Both the position numbers and the translations under genes were made by a program. Under the pieces are notes generated by a model that was not told where the DNA came from, did not search any database, and saw only the letters and a program-made list of their open reading frames with translations. DNA of 59,141 nt from a virus (Duplodnaviria; Caudoviricetes): IMG/VR virus record IMGVR_UViG_3300031851_000029, positions 1 through 59,141 of that record; one strand, given 5' to 3'. This document shows, piece by piece, positions 58,115 through 59,141 of the stretch (positions within the stretch are counted from its first letter, which is position 1; every line of letters begins with the position of its first letter).

Positions 58115-58119
58115 AATGG
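58103..58119 (+). promoter_or_regulatory. Repeated element copy 3 (putative phage promoter)
   Basis: CCTTTTTCTTTTAATGG followed by the perfect hairpin ATGGCA-ATTT-TGCCAT. Confidence 0.55.
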
Positions 58120-58145
58120 CAATTTTGCCATACATGGAGTCAAAA

Positions 58146-58400
58146 ATGACTGGCCCTGACGCACATGCTCATTCTCTGAAGTTTCTTGAGATTGCATGCA
58201 GTTTGGATTCGAACGATGTGGAAGGTTGGACTAACCTTCTTCAGGAGGCTGGAGATTCAATGTCTCTTCACAATCACACCAACGGGCACTGGTTCGGCGG
58301 GTATGCCAGCCTGAATGGTAGCTGGATTGTGCATTGTACGTATTGGGTCTACCCTATCCGCATTGACTGCGGAGAAGAAGTTTCAAAGCGACTTGAGTGA
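58146..58400 (+). CDS. Early-region hypothetical protein (84 aa)
   Basis: GGAG SD at 58136 and ATG at 58146. Followed by a terminator. Confidence 0.7.
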   Translation: MTGPDAHAHSLKFLEIACSLDSNDVEGWTNLLQEAGDSMSLHNHTNGHWFGGYASLNGSWIVHCTYWVYPIRIDCGEEVSKRLE

Positions 58401-58413
58401 AAGCAAAAAGACT

Positions 58414-58450
58414 AAGGTGCTCATCTTCGGGTGAGTGCCTTTTCTTTTTT
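58414..58450 (+). terminator. Intrinsic terminator
   Basis: AAGGTGCTCATC-TTCG-GGTGAGTGCCTT followed by TTCTTTTTT. The left arm matches the terminator at 57555. Confidence 0.85.
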
Positions 58451-58455
58451 AATGG
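58438..58455 (+). promoter_or_regulatory. Repeated element copy 4 (putative phage promoter)
   Basis: CCTTTTCTTTTTTAATGG. Confidence 0.55.
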
Positions 58456-58850
58456 CGCTATTAGTGACTCTATAGCGTAAGTCAGATCCTTCAAGTGGTG
58501 TTGGGGACGAGGGCGTGTCGATAACTGCAGGTTATTGTAAGTGTGATGAGTCTTAAGTCACACAAGCAGTAATGGTTATCGGCATTAAGGGGGATTGTGT
58601 ACCTGCCATGTATCCCCCACCTATCTCAGGTTATTAACCTATCTCAGGTTAAAGTCTAAGCTTGTTGGAACATACCGAAACGTAATGCTACCTGTACTGA
58701 TTCAAACTCAGTATTTAAGGTAGACGATCTGGTGCTGATAGTTAGCGTAAAAACCAGTAAGGTATTTGGCCACACCAAGAACAAAGAAGTAGCTTCTTTC
58801 GAGGAGCTATATGTGGCAACATTCGCATCATTATGATGCAACATCGCCCT
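58452..58850 (+). ncRNA. Large structured RNA of unknown class (~400 nt; stand-alone ncRNA or structured leader)
   Basis: No credible long ORF. At least ten nested helices found by hand, with many G-U pairs that work only on the plus strand, a UUCG tetraloop, a long-range closing helix and two possible pseudoknots. Confidence 0.7.
58619..58651 (+). repeat. Tandem 15-nt direct repeat, each copy a mini-hairpin
   Basis: ACCTATCTCAGGTTA at 58619-58633 and 58637-58651. Confidence 0.85.
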
Positions 58851-58855
58851 AGAGG

Positions 58856-58880
58856 CAACAACAACAACAACAACAAGGAG
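58856..58880 (+). promoter_or_regulatory. (CAA)7 unstructured translational enhancer plus SD
   Basis: CAA x7 (58856-58876) runs into AAGGAG, 7 nt before ATG 58888. Confidence 0.65.
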
Positions 58881-58887
58881 TAACTAC

Positions 58888-59141
58888 ATGTTTACACATG
58901 AAGTTCAAATCGGAGCAATCGATCTGGTTGCTCAAAACGTGGAAGGACTCAATAGTGAGCTCTTCTACATCATGGTGGCAAATGTCACCTTCTTCGTACT
59001 CATCTTTGCCGTTGAGTACATCACCCTGAAGGTACAGGCACGTCGTCTGAACACCTTCATCAACAACAACAACAACGTCCAGGAGGACACCATGGCAAAC
59101 GCCAACAATCAAGATCAAGACAACAACACTGAAACCACCAC
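58888..59141 (+). CDS. Early-region protein with an N-terminal TM helix and an internal second start (partial, runs off the window end)
   Basis: Not in the ORF track. Reads MFTHEVQIGAIDLVAQNVEGLNSELFYIMVANVTFFVLIFAVEYITLKVQARRLNTFINNNNNVQEDTMANANNQDQDNNTETT. Second SD AGGAGG at 59081 with an in-frame ATG at 59092. Confidence 0.75.
   Translation, partial: MFTHEVQIGAIDLVAQNVEGLNSELFYIMVANVTFFVLIFAVEYITLKVQARRLNTFINNNNNVQEDTMANANNQDQDNNTETT

Noticed and set aside
57162-58455. TTTAAT read as a sigma70 -10 box, or the motif ATG as a leaderless start
   Set aside because: The key second-position A is missing and there is no -35 box. The ATG is open in frame in only two of four copies, and each gene has its own SD-led start.
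58452-58850. tRNA, tmRNA, RNase P, group I/II intron or CRISPR array as the identity of the structured region
   Set aside because: No cloverleaf or CCA end, no tag reading frame, no GAGGAAAGUCC, and no recognisable P7 or domain V. The 15-nt repeat has only two copies with a 3-nt spacer.
57169-59118. Track ORFs 57169-57492(-), 57272-57550(+), 58656-58844(-) and 58849-59118(-)
   Set aside because: They overlap better-supported plus-strand genes or the structured RNA. The poly-Cys/poly-Val runs are just the reverse of the CAA repeats.
1-59141. Stop-codon reassignment as seen in some large phages
   Set aside because: Genes tile densely in the standard code, and TAA, TAG and TGA all end genes at tight junctions.

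Overview
This window is part of a large tailed-phage genome with a contractile tail (myovirus type), read in the standard genetic code. Positions 1-56.9 kb are one tightly packed minus-strand morphogenesis cluster. In transcription order it holds: a putative terminase small subunit, a DEDDh+SNase dual nuclease, the terminase large subunit flanked by Gly-rich proteins, portal, prohead protease, scaffold, head decoration protein, major capsid protein, neck proteins, tail sheath, three tail-tube paralogues, chaperones, a 1434-aa tape-measure-like protein, a 1777-aa protein with two-barrel RNA polymerase motifs (GDFDGD), a 3176-aa hub/M23 peptidase protein, and baseplate genes. After an AT-rich divergence region (~56.9-57.1 kb) a plus-strand, probably early, region begins. 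Each unit there is preceded by the same CC-(T-rich)-AATGG element. The fourth element leads into a ~400-nt, heavily base-paired stretch with no credible long ORF and with possible pseudoknots. The best candidate for an undescribed system is a virion-delivered single-chain RNA polymerase, its own terminator/promoter cassettes, and a large structured RNA transcribed from one of them. All calls come from motif reading, gene order and manual base-pairing; no database search or folding program was run.
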